Origin: Halarcobacter sp.
GTDB lineage: Bacteria > Campylobacterota > Campylobacteria > Campylobacterales > Arcobacteraceae
Assembly (NCBI GenBank): GCA_048571215.1
Contig: CP182352.1
Coordinates: 1,440,001-1,504,000 of the forward strand
Reading direction: 5' to 3'
DNA length: 64,000 nucleotides
A program made the translations under genes and the position numbers. Below the pieces are notes generated by a model that was not told the DNA's origin, searched no databases, and saw only the letters and a program-made list of their open reading frames with translations. This document shows positions 1 to 11,136 of the stretch, one piece after another. Numbering within the stretch: position 1 is the stretch's first letter; every line of letters starts with the position of its first letter.

Positions 1-1604
1 TTATCCATTGGTTTAGTTAATAAAGAGACTATTATAATAGCTGCTATTGATAATGGTAAGGCAATAATTAAGGCATCTACAAATATGATCTTACCACTTA
101 ATATAGAATTTGTTCCAAATAAGGCCTTAGCAACACCTAACTCTTTTGCTTCTTTAAAATGAACAAATAATAACCAAAAAGATGAAACAAAAAGTCCAAC
201 AAGCATTGAAACTATAGCAGCTGTTTTTGTAACTCTTTTCCAAAATAAACCTGCAATAAATGCTGGTAAAAATATAGAAGCACAAAGGGCAAAAAAGATA
301 GCAGTACTTCTTGCTATAATAGCAGGTTGTTTATCAAAGGCATAGGCTAATGAAACAGATACAATAATCATAATAACAATCCCAAATCTTGTTATCATCA
401 CTGAGTTTAGATTTGGTTTTATTTGTTCTATCAAATCTCTTCCTACAGCGGTTCCCATAGTATGAAATTGTGAAGATAGTGTTGACATAGCAGCACTAAT
501 AAGTGCAAAAAGGAAAATAAAAGCAAACCATTTTGGCATAGCAGTATTTATAAAATGTGGTATAACTTTTCCAATACTTCCTGCACTTTCTAAAGCATTT
601 TTCCCCTCATTGAACTCATAATACCAAGCATTAGTTAAAGAACCAACAATAAAAACAACTCCAGTCATTGCGACTATAAATATACCACCAATTAAAACTG
701 CTCTATTTAGTTCTTGTTTTGATTTCACAGTCATAAATCTTACTATCAATTGAGGTTGAGCCAAAACCCCTATTCCCACACCTAATGTAATAGTTGTAAT
801 TACAAACAACCATCCAGGACCCATAAAAGAAGGCATTTGATTCCAACCATTAAATCCCCACATTGTTGATAACTTCATCATAAAATCAGCACTTCCAGGC
901 TTATACTCTTTTAAACTATGTGTTGCTAAAGGTTCAACAGTAGCTTGCCATACCTTATCAAGTTTTATAAAAGCTTGTTCAACCCCACCTAAAGAATCAA
1001 AGGTAAAATATAAAAGAAGTATCATAGCAAGAAACATTATACTTCCTTGTAAAGCATCTGTTAGCATTACACCCTTTAATCCACCTGCTATAACATATGC
1101 TGTGATTATCACAGAAAAAACCAATAAGGCAGTATGATAATCAATACTAAAATAAAGAGTTATAAAATGTGTTCCACCAATTAATACAGCAGTTGCATAC
1201 AAAGGCATAAACAGCAATATAATCAAAGCACCAAAAATTTGAACAAATTTAGAATCATATCTTTTTCCTAAAAGTTCAGGAAAAGTATGAGCATTAAGTC
1301 TGTAACCTAATTTTCTTGTTGGATTTCCTAAAAAAACAAAGGCTATAAAAATACCAACAAATATATTAAAAAAAGTCAACCAAAGCAAAGAGTTACCAAG
1401 CCAGGCTGCAACTCCACCAAATCCAACTATAGCAGCAGTTGATATAAAAGTAGCCCCATAAGATAAAGCCATAATAAAAGGATGAGTATCCCTACCTGCA
1501 ATTAAATAATCTGTAGTATTTTTAGTTTGTTTGTATCCCACAAAACCTAAATACCCAACAAAAGCAAGGTATAAAATGATAATTATATTTTCATAAATAT
1601 CCAT
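1..1604 (-). CDS. Sodium:solute symporter (SSS family), runs off the left edge
   Basis: Manual translation from ATG at 1604: MDIYENIIIILYLAFVGYLGFVGYKQTKNTTDYLIAGRDTHPFIMALSYGATFISTAAIVGFGG..., typical SSS N-terminus, many TM segments. Not in the ORF track because it is truncated. Confidence 0.9.
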   Translation of the reverse strand, partial: MDIYENIIIILYLAFVGYLGFVGYKQTKNTTDYLIAGRDTHPFIMALSYGATFISTAAIVGFGGVAAWLGNSLLWLTFFNIFVGIFIAFVFLGNPTRKLGYRLNAHTFPELLGKRYDSKFVQIFGALIILLFMPLYATAVLIGGTHFITLYFSIDYHTALLVFSVIITAYVIAGGLKGVMLTDALQGSIMFLAMILLLYFTFDSLGGVEQAFIKLDKVWQATVEPLATHSLKEYKPGSADFMMKLSTMWGFNGWNQMPSFMGPGWLFVITTITLGVGIGVLAQPQLIVRFMTVKSKQELNRAVLIGGIFIVAMTGVVFIVGSLTNAWYYEFNEGKNALESAGSIGKVIPHFINTAMPKWFAFIFLFALISAAMSTLSSQFHTMGTAVGRDLIEQIKPNLNSVMITRFGIVIMIIVSVSLAYAFDKQPAIIARSTAIFFALCASIFLPAFIAGLFWKRVTKTAAIVSMLVGLFVSSFWLLFVHFKEAKELGVAKALFGTNSILSGKIIFVDALIIALPLSIAAIIIVSLLTKPMD

Positions 1605-1775
1605 TTATAGTCCTTTTTCTATATTATCTTCAACTTTTGCCCATTTTTTAGCACTCTTATCAACTTTTACTTGACTATCTTTATTCCAGTTTACTGAACC
1701 ATACCAAATACAAAGTACTGAAGATGCGATAGTTAAACCAAAAGCTAAACTAACTCCAAAATCTGCTCCAAACAT
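1605..1775 (-). CDS. Small membrane protein (56 aa), probable symporter accessory subunit
   Basis: MFGADFGVSLAFGLTIASSVLCIWYGSVNWNKDSQVKVDKSAKKWAKVEDNIEKGL*; stop abuts the SSS start codon; GGAGA RBS upstream; one TM helix followed by WN. Confidence 0.75.
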   Translation of the reverse strand: MFGADFGVSLAFGLTIASSVLCIWYGSVNWNKDSQVKVDKSAKKWAKVEDNIEKGL

Positions 1776-2235
1776 ATATCTTCTCCCAAAAATAAATTTT
1801 AACTTAAGATAATTCTATATTATAAGTAATTATATAAAACTAAAGAAAATTAAATTATTAGTATATGGTATAAAAATAGACTTTTTTTTACTAAATTATT
1901 AGATTTTTTAAAACTTTATTTTTCTAATTATTTTATTAATATCAATAAATTATTGTAATTTAGAATCAAAAATTAAAATAAAGTATATTTTTTAATAAAT
2001 TTTAAAATTTTTATACAATTTATTTTTAAAGAAATATTAAAACTGAAAAATTTTGTATAATTATTATAAATATTAGTGAAATATATTTAAATATTTTGAC
2101 TTAGAACTTATATTTATTAGAATATATCTCAAATTATTTAAATTTTGTACAATATTTATAAAAAAATATCTATTAATGCTTAATAAATAAAATTATATGT
2201 ATAATATTTGTAAAATTTAATATTTTAGGAAAAAA

Positions 2236-4050
2236 ATGAAACAAACATTAATGGGAAACGATGCAATTGCATTGGGGATGATTCATTCAAATATTGATAT
2301 GGTTTCAGGATATCCTGGAACTCCATCAAGTGAGATTTTGACTAATGTTCAAAAATTAAAAACTCAATTAAACCTAGATTTGTATGCACAATGGGCTACA
2401 AATGAAAAAGTTGGCTATGAAGTAGCTTATGCTGGTGCTATTACAGGAAGAAGAGCTGCTGCAACTATGAAACAAGTTGGTTTAAATGTTGCTGGTGATG
2501 CTTTAATGAGTTCAGCATATATTGGAAATATTGGGGCATTTGTATTAGTAGTTGCCGATGATCCGGGATTTCACTCTTCTCAAACTGAACAAGATAGTAG
2601 AGTATTTGCAAAATTTGCAAAAATACCAGTATTAGACCCAGCAACTCCACAAGATGCTTATGATTTTGTAAGTTTAGCTGTTGAGATATCTGAAAAGTTC
2701 CAAACACCAACAATGCTAAGACCTGTAATGAGAGTTTGTCATGCAAGACAAATAGTTGAAGTAAAAGAGGATGTAAAATTTACTCCAACAAAAGGGGAAT
2801 TTAAAAGAGATATTCCAAGATGGGCAGCAGTACCAAGAGCTGGTAGATTAGGTCAAGGTTATGAGATGATTGATAGAATCAATGCTATCAAAGAGTATAA
2901 CTGGGAAAACCTTATCAAACCAGAGTTTGATAAATGCAAAGGTGGAAAACTACTTGTTTTAACTTCAGGGACAGGATATGGTTTTGCAAAAGAGGCTTTA
3001 GATGACTTAGGAATTGAAGCTGATATTGTTAAATTTAAAATGCCTTACCCTCTTCCTGAAAATAAAATTAGAGAGCAGTTTAATAATTACGAAAAGGTAT
3101 TGGTTATAGAAGAGCCTATGGCATGTATTGAAGAGCAAGTACTTACAGAAAAAGTACATGGAAAACTTGATAATACAATGCATGTAATTGATGAACTACA
3201 AAAGGTTTATATCCAAGATGCTTTGATTAAGATGGAAATATATAAAGGTGAAAACCTTTACCCTGTAATACCTTTTAAAGAAGAGATACCAGCTCGTCCA
3301 CCAAACCTTTGTCCTGGTTGTCCACATAGAGATGTTTATTATTCTATTATGAAGGTATTTAAAAAAAGAAAATCAATCTACCCTTCTGATATTGGGTGTT
3401 ACACCTTAGCTATAAATCAAGATGCTATTGATACTGTTTTATGTATGGGTGCTTCTGTATCTATGGCAAGTGGTTTTTCTATTGCCGATCCAGATAAGTA
3501 TACAGTTGCAACCATAGGAGATAGTACTTTTTTCCATGGAGGAATTCCCCCACTTATAAATGCAGTTTATCAAAAACATAAATTCTTACTTGTGGTTTTA
3601 GATAATTCAGTTGTAGCTATGACAGGAAGGCAACAACCACCACAAAGACAAAATGGGGAAGTTGATATTGCAAAAATTGCTCAAGGTTGTGGTGCTCAAA
3701 CCTTTGAGTATGTTTACTCGAATGATTTAAATAATACTATTGATTTCTTCAAAAATATGAAAGAGGAATATGATAAGGCAACAGGTCCTATAGTTGCAGT
3801 TGTAAGAGAGTTTTGTGTTTTAGATAAAGAGGTAGTAAATGATCATATTCCAGGTGAGTTTTCAACTGTTATTGCTGAAAACTGTGTTGCTTGTGATCAA
3901 TGTACAACTGTATATAAATGTCCTCCAATGGCATACAATAAAGATGAAAAAGTTGAAATAGACCCATTTTTATGTATAGGTTGTGGTTCATGTTTAAATG
4001 TTGTTTGTCCAACAGAAGCCTTCACCCTAGATGAAGAAAGGAGTAAATAA
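2236..4050 (+). CDS. iorA: Indolepyruvate:ferredoxin oxidoreductase alpha subunit
   Basis: GYPGTPSSE, CPGCPH, DIGCY, TPP-binding GDSTF and C-terminal ferredoxin motifs. Confidence 0.92.
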   Translation: MKQTLMGNDAIALGMIHSNIDMVSGYPGTPSSEILTNVQKLKTQLNLDLYAQWATNEKVGYEVAYAGAITGRRAAATMKQVGLNVAGDALMSSAYIGNIGAFVLVVADDPGFHSSQTEQDSRVFAKFAKIPVLDPATPQDAYDFVSLAVEISEKFQTPTMLRPVMRVCHARQIVEVKEDVKFTPTKGEFKRDIPRWAAVPRAGRLGQGYEMIDRINAIKEYNWENLIKPEFDKCKGGKLLVLTSGTGYGFAKEALDDLGIEADIVKFKMPYPLPENKIREQFNNYEKVLVIEEPMACIEEQVLTEKVHGKLDNTMHVIDELQKVYIQDALIKMEIYKGENLYPVIPFKEEIPARPPNLCPGCPHRDVYYSIMKVFKKRKSIYPSDIGCYTLAINQDAIDTVLCMGASVSMASGFSIADPDKYTVATIGDSTFFHGGIPPLINAVYQKHKFLLVVLDNSVVAMTGRQQPPQRQNGEVDIAKIAQGCGAQTFEYVYSNDLNNTIDFFKNMKEEYDKATGPIVAVVREFCVLDKEVVNDHIPGEFSTVIAENCVACDQCTTVYKCPPMAYNKDEKVEIDPFLCIGCGSCLNVVCPTEAFTLDEERSK

Positions 4051-4051
4051 G

Positions 4052-4585
4052 ATGAAGTATCAAATTGTAATTGCAGGTTTTGGTGGTCAAGGTTCTGTTT
4101 TTTTAGTAAAAATATTAGCCCTATGTGCAGGGAATAAAAATGTAGCATGTTTAGGTACAGAAAATCATGGAATGTCACAAAGGGGTGGTGCTGTTTCATG
4201 TACTATTAAATTAGGTGATTATACAAACCCTGTGATTGATGCAAATCAAGCTGATTTGCTAATTGGTTTGGAAAAAAATGAAGCCTTAAGAAATCTAAGT
4301 TTCTTAAAACAAAATGGTACTTTAGCTGTAAACTCAGATAACTCTTTTCCAAATGATGATTTAAATGCAAATGTTATCCAAATAGATGCCTTTGAAAAAG
4401 CAAAGAAAAATGAGTTTCCAATTCAAGGACTAAATGTATATATGTTAGGGGTAGTATTGGCAAAATGTGATGATTTTCCTTTCTCTCTTGAAGATGTAGA
4501 AGAAGCCTTAGTTCAGTTTAACCCGAAAGTTGCCCAACAAAATATTGAGGTATTAAAAAAAGCTATTTCTGATATTAAAGGATAA
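4052..4585 (+). CDS. iorB: Indolepyruvate:ferredoxin oxidoreductase beta subunit
   Basis: IAGFGGQG and HGMSQRGGAV motifs; follows iorA; ATG 4052 has an AGGAG RBS. Confidence 0.88.
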   Translation: MKYQIVIAGFGGQGSVFLVKILALCAGNKNVACLGTENHGMSQRGGAVSCTIKLGDYTNPVIDANQADLLIGLEKNEALRNLSFLKQNGTLAVNSDNSFPNDDLNANVIQIDAFEKAKKNEFPIQGLNVYMLGVVLAKCDDFPFSLEDVEEALVQFNPKVAQQNIEVLKKAISDIKG

Positions 4586-4587
4586 AA

Positions 4588-5883
4588 ATGGTTTGGAATC
4601 AAATAGAAACTAGTCCTCTTGAGGAGATTACAGCTCTTCAATCGAAAAGATTAAAAGATACAGTCCAAAGAGTATATACTCTTACCCCTTTTTATAAAAA
4701 ATGTTTTGATGAACTTAATATCAAACCAAGTGATATTAAATCAATCAAAGATATATCAAAACTACCTTTTACAAAAAAACAAGATTTAAGAGATCACTAT
4801 CCTTTTGGACTTTTTACAGTTCCTATGAGTCAAGTTATTAGAGTTCATTCTTCATCGGGAACAACAGGTAAACCAACAGTTGTAGGTTATACTAAAAAAG
4901 ATTTAGATATTTGGGATGAAGTTATGGCAAGGGTTTTTACCATGGCTGGAGCAAACCAAGAAGATATAGTACATAATGCTTATGGATATGGACTTTTTAC
5001 TGGAGGCTTAGGCTTACATAATGGTGCTGAGAAAGTTGGAGCAACTGTGATTCCAAGTTCTGGTGGCTTTACTGAAAGACAAGTTATGCTTATGAAGGAT
5101 TTCAAAGCTACAATTTTAGCCTCAACTCCCTCTTTTGCTTTACATATTGCAGAAGTTGCTTCAAGATCTGGAGCTTGCTTTAAAAATGATTTCAATCTAA
5201 AAGCAGGTGTTTTTGGAGCAGAACCAACATCAAAAGGTCTAAAAGAGGAGATATCAAAAGTTTGGGGAATTGATTATCATGAGGTTTATGGATTATCTGA
5301 AGTAATTGGACCAGGAGTTAGTTGTTCGTGTAAACACTCAGAACTACTTCATGTTTTTGAAGATCATTTTTATCCAGAAATTATTGACCCAAAAACTAAA
5401 GAACAAGTTCCCGATGGTCAAAGGGGAGAACTTGTAATAACCTCTTTAACAAAGCAAGCCTTGCCAATTATTAGATATCGAACTGGAGATATAACTTCAC
5501 TTACAAGAACTCCATGTAAATGTGGAAGAACTATGGTTCGAATGGAAAGTGTAGTTGGAAGAGTTGATGATATGATTATAATAAATGGAGTAAATGTATA
5601 TCCATCACAAATTGAACATGTGATTTCTCAAACAGAGGGCTTAACATTAAACTATCAAATAGTTATTGACAAAAAAGGTCATTTAGACCAATTGGAGATA
5701 TTAATAGAGATAAGTGATGAGATTATGATAGATTCAATTGGTGAAATGGAAAAGATTAAAAAAACTATCCAACATGACCTATTAAGTAATTTATATATAA
5801 AAACAAATGTTAAATTAGTGGAACCTAGAAGTATAGAAAGAAGTGTTGGTAAAGCTGTAAGAATAGTTGATAAAAGGAAATAA
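4588..5883 (+). CDS. paaK: Phenylacetate-CoA ligase
   Basis: HSSSGTTGKPTVVGYT, YGYGLFTGGLG, YGLSEVIGPGV, RYRTGD motifs. Confidence 0.92.
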   Translation: MVWNQIETSPLEEITALQSKRLKDTVQRVYTLTPFYKKCFDELNIKPSDIKSIKDISKLPFTKKQDLRDHYPFGLFTVPMSQVIRVHSSSGTTGKPTVVGYTKKDLDIWDEVMARVFTMAGANQEDIVHNAYGYGLFTGGLGLHNGAEKVGATVIPSSGGFTERQVMLMKDFKATILASTPSFALHIAEVASRSGACFKNDFNLKAGVFGAEPTSKGLKEEISKVWGIDYHEVYGLSEVIGPGVSCSCKHSELLHVFEDHFYPEIIDPKTKEQVPDGQRGELVITSLTKQALPIIRYRTGDITSLTRTPCKCGRTMVRMESVVGRVDDMIIINGVNVYPSQIEHVISQTEGLTLNYQIVIDKKGHLDQLEILIEISDEIMIDSIGEMEKIKKTIQHDLLSNLYIKTNVKLVEPRSIERSVGKAVRIVDKRK

Positions 5884-5884
5884 T

Positions 5885-6307
5885 ATGAAATATTCTATAA
5901 AACAACTCTCAATTTTTATTGAAAATAAAAAAGGGGAATTAACACAAATCACTGATGTTTTATCTATAAATAAAATATCAATCAAAGCTCTAAACTTAGT
6001 TGATGGAAGTGATTTTGGTATTTTAAGAATTTTAGTGGATGATAGTGATTCTACAAAAAGGATTTTAGATGACAATGGATTTTCTTTAACAATAAGTGAA
6101 GTATTCGCTGTATTGATTGATGATCATATAGGTTCATTTAACGAAGTTTTATCCATCTTATCTCAAAATGATATAAATATAGAGTATACATATACTATTA
6201 ATTCATCAAATAAAGGTGCCTTTATTTTTAAGGTTTCAAGTGAAGATTTTGCTAAGGCAACAAAATTATTATCAAAATCAAAAGTGAAACTTTTAGAAAA
6301 TATATAA
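5885..6307 (+). CDS. ACT-domain (amino-acid binding) protein
   Basis: IKQLSIFIENKKGEL...DFGILRILVD tandem ACT pattern; usual neighbour of paaK/iorAB. Confidence 0.85.
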   Translation: MKYSIKQLSIFIENKKGELTQITDVLSINKISIKALNLVDGSDFGILRILVDDSDSTKRILDDNGFSLTISEVFAVLIDDHIGSFNEVLSILSQNDINIEYTYTINSSNKGAFIFKVSSEDFAKATKLLSKSKVKLLENI

Positions 6308-6366
6308 AAATAAATTTATATTTAACAAGTAATAAAATATAATATTAGCCAAAATAGGAATGTTCA

Positions 6367-6819
6367 ATGTTAACTCCAAAAGAGATAAGTGATTTATTTG
6401 AAGTACAAGTTAATACCCTGTATAACTGGAAAAAAAGTAAACCAAAATTATTTGCTTATCTACAAAATGCAGATTATAATTCAAAAATAAATAATGAAAT
6501 AAATGCATTATTAGACTATTTTTCTAAAACTATACAAAAAGATTTTACTTTAAAAGAGATAGATTTTTTGATTATTAGTGATTTTGAATTAAACTCTATA
6601 GAAGAGGTAAATGAATTTCAAGAGTATTTTATAAAAGCAAACTATAAAATACTTATTACAAAACATAAGTTTGTATTAAATATTTATGACAAACTAAAAG
6701 TATTGAATGTAGTAGAAAAATACCTTTTATATAAAAAAATATTCAAGGTTAGAAAATTTGGGGATAAAAACAGAGCAGAATTTTTTAGTGAATTTATAAA
6801 AAACGAGGAGAAGAGTTAA
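6367..6819 (+). CDS. Hypothetical protein with N-terminal HTH
   Basis: [23 protein letters not shown] resembles an excisionase/MerR-type HTH; stop overlaps trpB start. Confidence 0.6.
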   Translation: MLTPKEISDLFEVQVNTLYNWKKSKPKLFAYLQNADYNSKINNEINALLDYFSKTIQKDFTLKEIDFLIISDFELNSIEEVNEFQEYFIKANYKILITKHKFVLNIYDKLKVLNVVEKYLLYKKIFKVRKFGDKNRAEFFSEFIKNEEKS

Positions 6820-8033
6820 TGTCTGATTATTTAAGCAATCATCCAGATAAAAATGGATTTTTTGGAAGATTTGGTGGTTCATTTATTCCACCTGTGTTAG
6901 AAGAGCCCTTTAAAAAAATAATTAAAGCTTATGCAGATTTAAAAGATGATGGAAAGTTTATTGAAGATTTAAAATATGTTAGAAAACACTACCAAGGAAG
7001 ACCCACACCAATAAGTTATGCTAGCAACCTTACTAAGTATTGTGGTGGTGCAAAAATCTATCTTAAAAGGGAAGATTTAAACCATTCTGGAGCTCATAAA
7101 CTAAACCATTGTATGGCAGAAGTTATTTTAGCTAAACATATGGGATTTAAAAAAGTTATAGCAGAAACAGGAGCAGGACAACATGGGGTTGCCCTAGCAA
7201 CAGCTGCAGCTTACTTTGGCTTGGAGTGTGAAATACATATGGGTGAAGTTGATATTAAAAAAGAGCACCCAAATGTGGTAAGAATGAAAATTCTAGGTGC
7301 AAAAGTAGTTCCTGCAACACATGGATTAAAAACTTTAAAAGAAGCTGTTGATAGTGCCTTTGAAAGTTATATTTCCCAAGCAGATACTGCAATATATTGT
7401 ATAGGTTCAGTTGTTGGTCCACATCCATTTCCTATGATGGTAAGGGATTTTCAAAGTATTGTTGGAATTGAAGCAAAAGAGCAGTTCTTGGAACATGAAA
7501 AAAATTTACCAGATAATATAATTGCTTGTGTTGGTGGTGGTTCAAACTCAATGGGTATATTTGCCCCTTTTATAGATGATGAGGATATCAATCTATATGG
7601 AGTAGAACCTATGGGAAGAGGAGAAAAACTAGGAGATCATGCTGCAACCTTAAGCCATGGGGAAGAGGGAGTTATGCATGGATTTAATTCTATCATGCTA
7701 AAAGATGAAAATGGGGAACCAGCACCGGTATATTCTATTGGTTCGGGGATTGATTATCCCTCAGTTGGACCTGAACACGCATATTTAAAAGATATAGGTA
7801 GAACAAAGATTGGTTTATGCAATGATATAGAAGCAGTTGATGCTTTTTATAAACTCTCTCAATTAGAAGGGATTATCCCAGCGCTAGAATCAGCCCACGC
7901 AGTTGGATTTGCTATGAAACTAGCAAAAACTTTATCAAAAGATAAAACTATTTTGATAAATCTAAGTGGTAGAGGGGATAAAGATATTGATTTTGTTGTA
8001 GAAAACTACCCTATTCCTAACGCAAAATTTTAA
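6819..8033 (+). CDS. trpB: Tryptophan synthase beta subunit
   Basis: [14 protein letters not shown] (PLP lysine), [29 protein letters not shown]. Confidence 0.95.
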   Translation: MSDYLSNHPDKNGFFGRFGGSFIPPVLEEPFKKIIKAYADLKDDGKFIEDLKYVRKHYQGRPTPISYASNLTKYCGGAKIYLKREDLNHSGAHKLNHCMAEVILAKHMGFKKVIAETGAGQHGVALATAAAYFGLECEIHMGEVDIKKEHPNVVRMKILGAKVVPATHGLKTLKEAVDSAFESYISQADTAIYCIGSVVGPHPFPMMVRDFQSIVGIEAKEQFLEHEKNLPDNIIACVGGGSNSMGIFAPFIDDEDINLYGVEPMGRGEKLGDHAATLSHGEEGVMHGFNSIMLKDENGEPAPVYSIGSGIDYPSVGPEHAYLKDIGRTKIGLCNDIEAVDAFYKLSQLEGIIPALESAHAVGFAMKLAKTLSKDKTILINLSGRGDKDIDFVVENYPIPNAKF

Positions 8034-8053
8034 ATAAAAGAGAATTTTCTCTT

Positions 8054-8713
8054 TTATTTAAACTGATTTAAAAGACTATTGTTTTTATTTTTTTGCTCAT
8101 TATATTTATACTCTAGTTCCTGATACTTTAGATAAAAATCATTATATAAAAATGCATATTGATCATCCTCATCTTTATATCTATCATTTAAATCCTTATA
8201 GCCTGTAGATAAGGCTTCTACAAAGTTAAAAGAGTTAACAACAGTTAAAATCTCATTTAGTTTTGTTTGTGAAATTTTATCTGTAATCTTTTTATCTCCA
8301 TCATCTAGTTTTGTACTAATTGATTTTTGAAGTAGACTTGCTAAACTTGTTTTTGAAGAGTTTAAATAACTACTTTTATCTTCATACATATCAAATAAAT
8401 AACTGTAGCCCAAATCAAAAGGTTTTCCCATTACTGTATTAAATAAAGCTTTTGATAAATTATCATCAGTTGAAAACATTGTTGCTAGTTTTAAGTTTTT
8501 TGCTAGAGATTTTTTATCTTCATCTTCAAATAAAATTTCAATTTGTTCTAAAGATACACTTTTTATATTTTCATATGTTAGTTTGGCTGTTTGTGTATGA
8601 TTTTTTTTATCTGCTATTAGAGTATCTACAAACTCATTATTTGTAGTTTTATTGTTAATCTTATTTTCTATTTGATTTTTTATTAGTATCTCATTTATAT
8701 TTGAAGTTATCAT
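8054..8713 (-). CDS. Hypothetical protein
   Basis: 219-aa ORF co-oriented with upstream gene; no recognised motif. Confidence 0.65.
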   Translation of the reverse strand: MITSNINEILIKNQIENKINNKTTNNEFVDTLIADKKNHTQTAKLTYENIKSVSLEQIEILFEDEDKKSLAKNLKLATMFSTDDNLSKALFNTVMGKPFDLGYSYLFDMYEDKSSYLNSSKTSLASLLQKSISTKLDDGDKKITDKISQTKLNEILTVVNSFNFVEALSTGYKDLNDRYKDEDDQYAFLYNDFYLKYQELEYKYNEQKNKNNSLLNQFK

Positions 8714-8723
8714 AATTTACCCC

Positions 8724-9542
8724 TTAATTGCAATTATCCCTTTTAGATAAAAATTTAAGTTCATCACAGCTAAAACCTGCTTTTTTTCTTGCATCTATAT
8801 TTAAATCATATTTTTTAGAAGTACTTCCAGGATAAACCCGTTCCAAAATCTCAATATATGTATTTTCATGATTTAACTTTAATCTTTCACACTCATATTT
8901 AAACCATTTGTCACCTTTTAACACATGATCGATCTCCTCTTCAAGTATTACATTTAGTGCCTTAATTATCTTTTTATTAAACTCATCAGGGTTAGAATTT
9001 AATTTATCCATAATCTTTGGATTTTGTTCTAAGCCATTTGCTTCTAAAAACCTTGGAACAACTGCCATTCTTGATAAAAAATCAGGAGTCTTTTTCATTG
9101 CTTCAAAAAGATTTGTGTGAACCTCTAAACTACCATAAGATGAGTCTAACTCATTTAGAAGTTGTTCAATCATCTCAAAATGTCTAACTTCATCATTGGC
9201 AACCTCTAACCAATCATTATAATACTCTTTTGGAAGATTTTGAAACCTTAATGCAGCATCTAAAGCTAAATCAATAGCACTATATTCTATATGGGCTATT
9301 GTATGTAAAAGATTTATTTTACCCTCTTTTGTATTCATATATTTTCTTTGTTTAAGCCCTTTTGGAACTACAATATTAAATATTTTATTATAAGAGGGTT
9401 CATACATTATATATGGTTCATAATTAGATTCTTTTATATAATCTTCATTTAAATAATTTTTATAAAAGCTCTTAAACATCCCTATTTTTTCCTTCGGATT
9501 TGCCTCTAATATGATATTTTCTATATTTTTATAATATCTCAT
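8724..9542 (-). CDS. Ferritin-like domain protein (DUF455-like)
   Basis: LHTIAHIEYSAIDLALD, DEVRHF, EANGLE, EEIDHV di-iron motifs. Confidence 0.85.
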   Translation of the reverse strand: MRYYKNIENIILEANPKEKIGMFKSFYKNYLNEDYIKESNYEPYIMYEPSYNKIFNIVVPKGLKQRKYMNTKEGKINLLHTIAHIEYSAIDLALDAALRFQNLPKEYYNDWLEVANDEVRHFEMIEQLLNELDSSYGSLEVHTNLFEAMKKTPDFLSRMAVVPRFLEANGLEQNPKIMDKLNSNPDEFNKKIIKALNVILEEEIDHVLKGDKWFKYECERLKLNHENTYIEILERVYPGSTSKKYDLNIDARKKAGFSCDELKFLSKRDNCN

Positions 9543-9608
9543 AAACTACCTTACAGCTTCAATAATATATACTTAGATAGATTCTATCTAAGTAAGGATT
9601 AAAAAATA

Positions 9609-10202
9609 ATGGAAATTAAAATACATCCTATGGGAGAGTATAGAACAAATTGTTATATTATAACTATTAATGAAAAAGATTTAATAATAGACCCAGGAGT
9701 TGGTGCAACACCTTGGGTAAAACAAAATGTTGAAAATCCTATAGCAATATTAAATACTCACGGACATTTTGATCATGTTTGGTCAAATAAAGAGTTAAAA
9801 GATTTACTAGATATAAAAATTTATACACCTAAGAATGATGAATTTATGTTACAAGGTGATCCATTTGGACTTGGTCTTCCAAGTTCTATACCTGATGTTT
9901 TAGTGGAACCTGATCAAGAACTTGACATAGATGGAATAAAAGTAAAATTTCACTTTTTCCCTGGTCATACTCCTGGTTGTTCTGCAATAGAGATAGAAAA
10001 CACTTTATTTAGTGGTGATTTTATATTTAATGGTTCAATTGGTAGATGTGATTTACCTCACTCAGACCCAAGCCTTATGATAAAAAGTATTGATAAGATT
10101 TTAAAATGGGATAAAAATATTCGAATTTATCCTGGACATGGAGACTCTACTACACTAAAAAGTGAAAGGACGTCATTGAATAGTTGGAAAAATTACTTAT
10201 AG
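9609..10202 (+). CDS. MBL-fold metallo-hydrolase (glyoxalase II-like)
   Basis: THGHFDH, PGHTPG, FSGD, PGHG motifs. Confidence 0.9.
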   Translation: MEIKIHPMGEYRTNCYIITINEKDLIIDPGVGATPWVKQNVENPIAILNTHGHFDHVWSNKELKDLLDIKIYTPKNDEFMLQGDPFGLGLPSSIPDVLVEPDQELDIDGIKVKFHFFPGHTPGCSAIEIENTLFSGDFIFNGSIGRCDLPHSDPSLMIKSIDKILKWDKNIRIYPGHGDSTTLKSERTSLNSWKNYL

Positions 10203-10210
10203 GATTTCAG

Positions 10211-11128
10211 ATGGATGATTTACTAAAATTAAATGTAACTAGTGTTCAAACAATATTAGAGTTAAATGATGAATTAAAAAAAACAAATAACTTTGATAAA
10301 ATGTTTAAACTAATTTCTAACTTTATAAGTGAACAATATAATGTGCATCACTATTTAGTAACTATAAATGAAAACTTAATCTATTCAAACTTTGAATTAT
10401 CAAATGGTTTAAGTTTCAAAGACTTTAGTATAGAACTAACAAGTGAAAATCTTCTAAAAGTTTCTATATTTTATGAAGATAGTAAACAAAAAGAAAATCT
10501 ATTAATGAGCAATATTGAGATAATAAAACTTCTTTTTAATCTAATTTCCCAAACAATTTATTCAAAGTTTTTGGAGTTCAAAATAGATACACTTGCGCTA
10601 AAAGATTGTTTAACAGGTCTTTATAATAGACAATATATAGATGAATACCTAAAAACAACCCTTCCTTTATCAAATAGAGAAAGAAAAAAGATGGCATTTA
10701 TTAAAATAGGAATTGACCATTTCAAAGCCGTTATAGATGAATTTGATTATAATGTTGGTGATAAAGTTTTAAAAGAACTAGCAAAAAGTGTTCAAAATAG
10801 TGTAAGAAAATCAGACCTAGTTGCAAGAATAGAAGCTGATGAATTTTTTGTAGTACTACACAATGTTATTAATGAAGAAAATGCTATAAATATAGCAAAT
10901 AAAATAGTTGAAAATTTTAAAAACACAAAAGTTGTTGTAAATGATGTGACCAAACAAATATTGATGAAAACTATTTGTACTGGTGTTTCAATGTATCCTG
11001 ATGATGCAAATAAAATTGAAGAGATATTTAGATCTTCTGATATAGCTTTATATGAAGCTAGAAATAAAGGTAGAAGTCAAACCTTTAAATTCAGAAAAGA
11101 AGATACAAATACAATTGATTTATTTTAA
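10211..11128 (+). CDS. GGDEF-domain protein with degenerate motif (IEADEF)
   Basis: DCLTGLYNR, IDHFK, GDKVL, ALYEARNKGR; start chosen at ATG 10211 (track start 10184). Confidence 0.85.
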   Translation: MDDLLKLNVTSVQTILELNDELKKTNNFDKMFKLISNFISEQYNVHHYLVTINENLIYSNFELSNGLSFKDFSIELTSENLLKVSIFYEDSKQKENLLMSNIEIIKLLFNLISQTIYSKFLEFKIDTLALKDCLTGLYNRQYIDEYLKTTLPLSNRERKKMAFIKIGIDHFKAVIDEFDYNVGDKVLKELAKSVQNSVRKSDLVARIEADEFFVVLHNVINEENAINIANKIVENFKNTKVVVNDVTKQILMKTICTGVSMYPDDANKIEEIFRSSDIALYEARNKGRSQTFKFRKEDTNTIDLF

Positions 11129-11136
11129 GGAAAAAT

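Noticed and set aside
1780..2235. Extremely AT-rich 450-bp stretch with TTTTGTA(C/T)AAT-like motifs
   Set aside because: Consistent with a divergent promoter region; no specific site or origin can be supported from sequence alone.
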